Shown here: in pieces, positions 63,370 to 64,000 of the stretch
How the letters are laid out: each line of letters begins with the position of its first letter
How positions within the stretch are numbered: the stretch's first letter is position 1
Assembly (NCBI RefSeq): GCF_964204645.1
Contig: NC_134035.1
Coordinates: forward strand, 4,402,001-4,466,000
Length of the DNA stretch: 64,000 nt
Direction of reading: 5' to 3'
Origin: Tubulanus polymorphus
Lineage: Eukaryota; Animalia; Nemertea
Notes under the pieces: generated by a model
The model's input: the letters and a program-made list of their open reading frames with translations, nothing else
The model's database searches: none
Told to the model about the DNA's origin: nothing
Program-made: the position numbers and the translations under genes

Positions 63370-64000
63370 ATAACCTGTGTTTTGCTTTCGTGCCTTGTGA
63401 TTGTTGCAACATTTTGTAGCTGTGTGGAAAACTGGAATACAGCTGATTAACCATGTGCTGCAATAGGCCACTATAAACAGTAGTCAGCTGTTGATGCAGC
63501 CACACTACGATCAACGTTCCATCGAACCATGCCTTCCAGCAAGTGCGTTCGGAAATGAACACATTCGCGCTCGTTCCTTAATAAGATGGTAAAATCTAAT
63601 AATGAGGAATTTGTATGAAGCCTTAAAAAAGAATAAGCATTGAATGCTAATCATCACGCATAAAACGATTCATGTGTAAACGAAACGATTTCAGAGAAGT
63701 TGATCCTAGCGCGCATCGATAAACCGGAAGATCAATGCCGCCTTTCTTCGTTGATCCTGTTTGTGTGTTTAACGCGAATTCCGGCTGATCCAAGATACAA
63801 CTTATGTGCTGTTGCTGGACCTCCCAAATTGTCCAAATCTTCTTGCTGTCAAGATGTGGTAAGCCAAGAGTATCGACTCCTTGCTCCCCTTCGAATGCTG
63901 TCAGGAGTTCTTTGATCAGATGATATATCTACACCAATGATCGCGTTCTACGTCGACGATGGCGGGCTAACTCCTTTTCGATGGCATAACATCTACATTT
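63370..64000 (-). pseudogene. Direct duplicate of 56430-57060 (DUF6729-like core), running off the window end
   Basis: Near-identical sequence including the intron (CCTTAATAAGATGGTAAAATCTAATAA) and GATGGCATAACATCTACATTT. Confidence 0.85.

Overview
Eukaryotic (invertebrate metazoan, AT-rich, spliceosomal introns; a lophotrochozoan-type genome is inferred, not shown) genomic DNA. From 1 to ~40 kb it is ordinary gene space packed with MITEs and satellites. It holds the last four coding exons of TMEM117 (+), a complete RPS16 gene (-) with a 5'TOP non-coding first exon, an intronless CDS for a type II membrane class I SAM-dependent methyltransferase (+, 34549-35601), and an intact U6 snRNA gene (-) with TATA box and PSE-like element. 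From ~41 to 64 kb there are no recognisable host genes. That part is a nested, scrambled graveyard of transposons: Gypsy 3' end plus LTR, Penelope fragments with a hammerhead ribozyme, a full-length mutated piggyBac inserted at a TTAA inside a 198-bp satellite, several pseudogenised copies of an intron-containing DxxH/DDE (DUF6729-like) transposase, and LINE pieces. Nearly all coding remnants beyond 44 kb lie on the minus strand, as expected for a uni-strand piRNA cluster. The most notable oddities are (i) an intronic tandem array built from the TMEM117 exon end, with the splice donor destroyed in every complete copy, (ii) a candidate Golgi-lumenal (glycan?) methyltransferase, (iii) tiny hairpin-forming Penelope/hammerhead insertions, and (iv) MITEs whose terminal inverted repeats carry a Pol III B-box. 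All family assignments come from motif recognition by eye; no searches were run.
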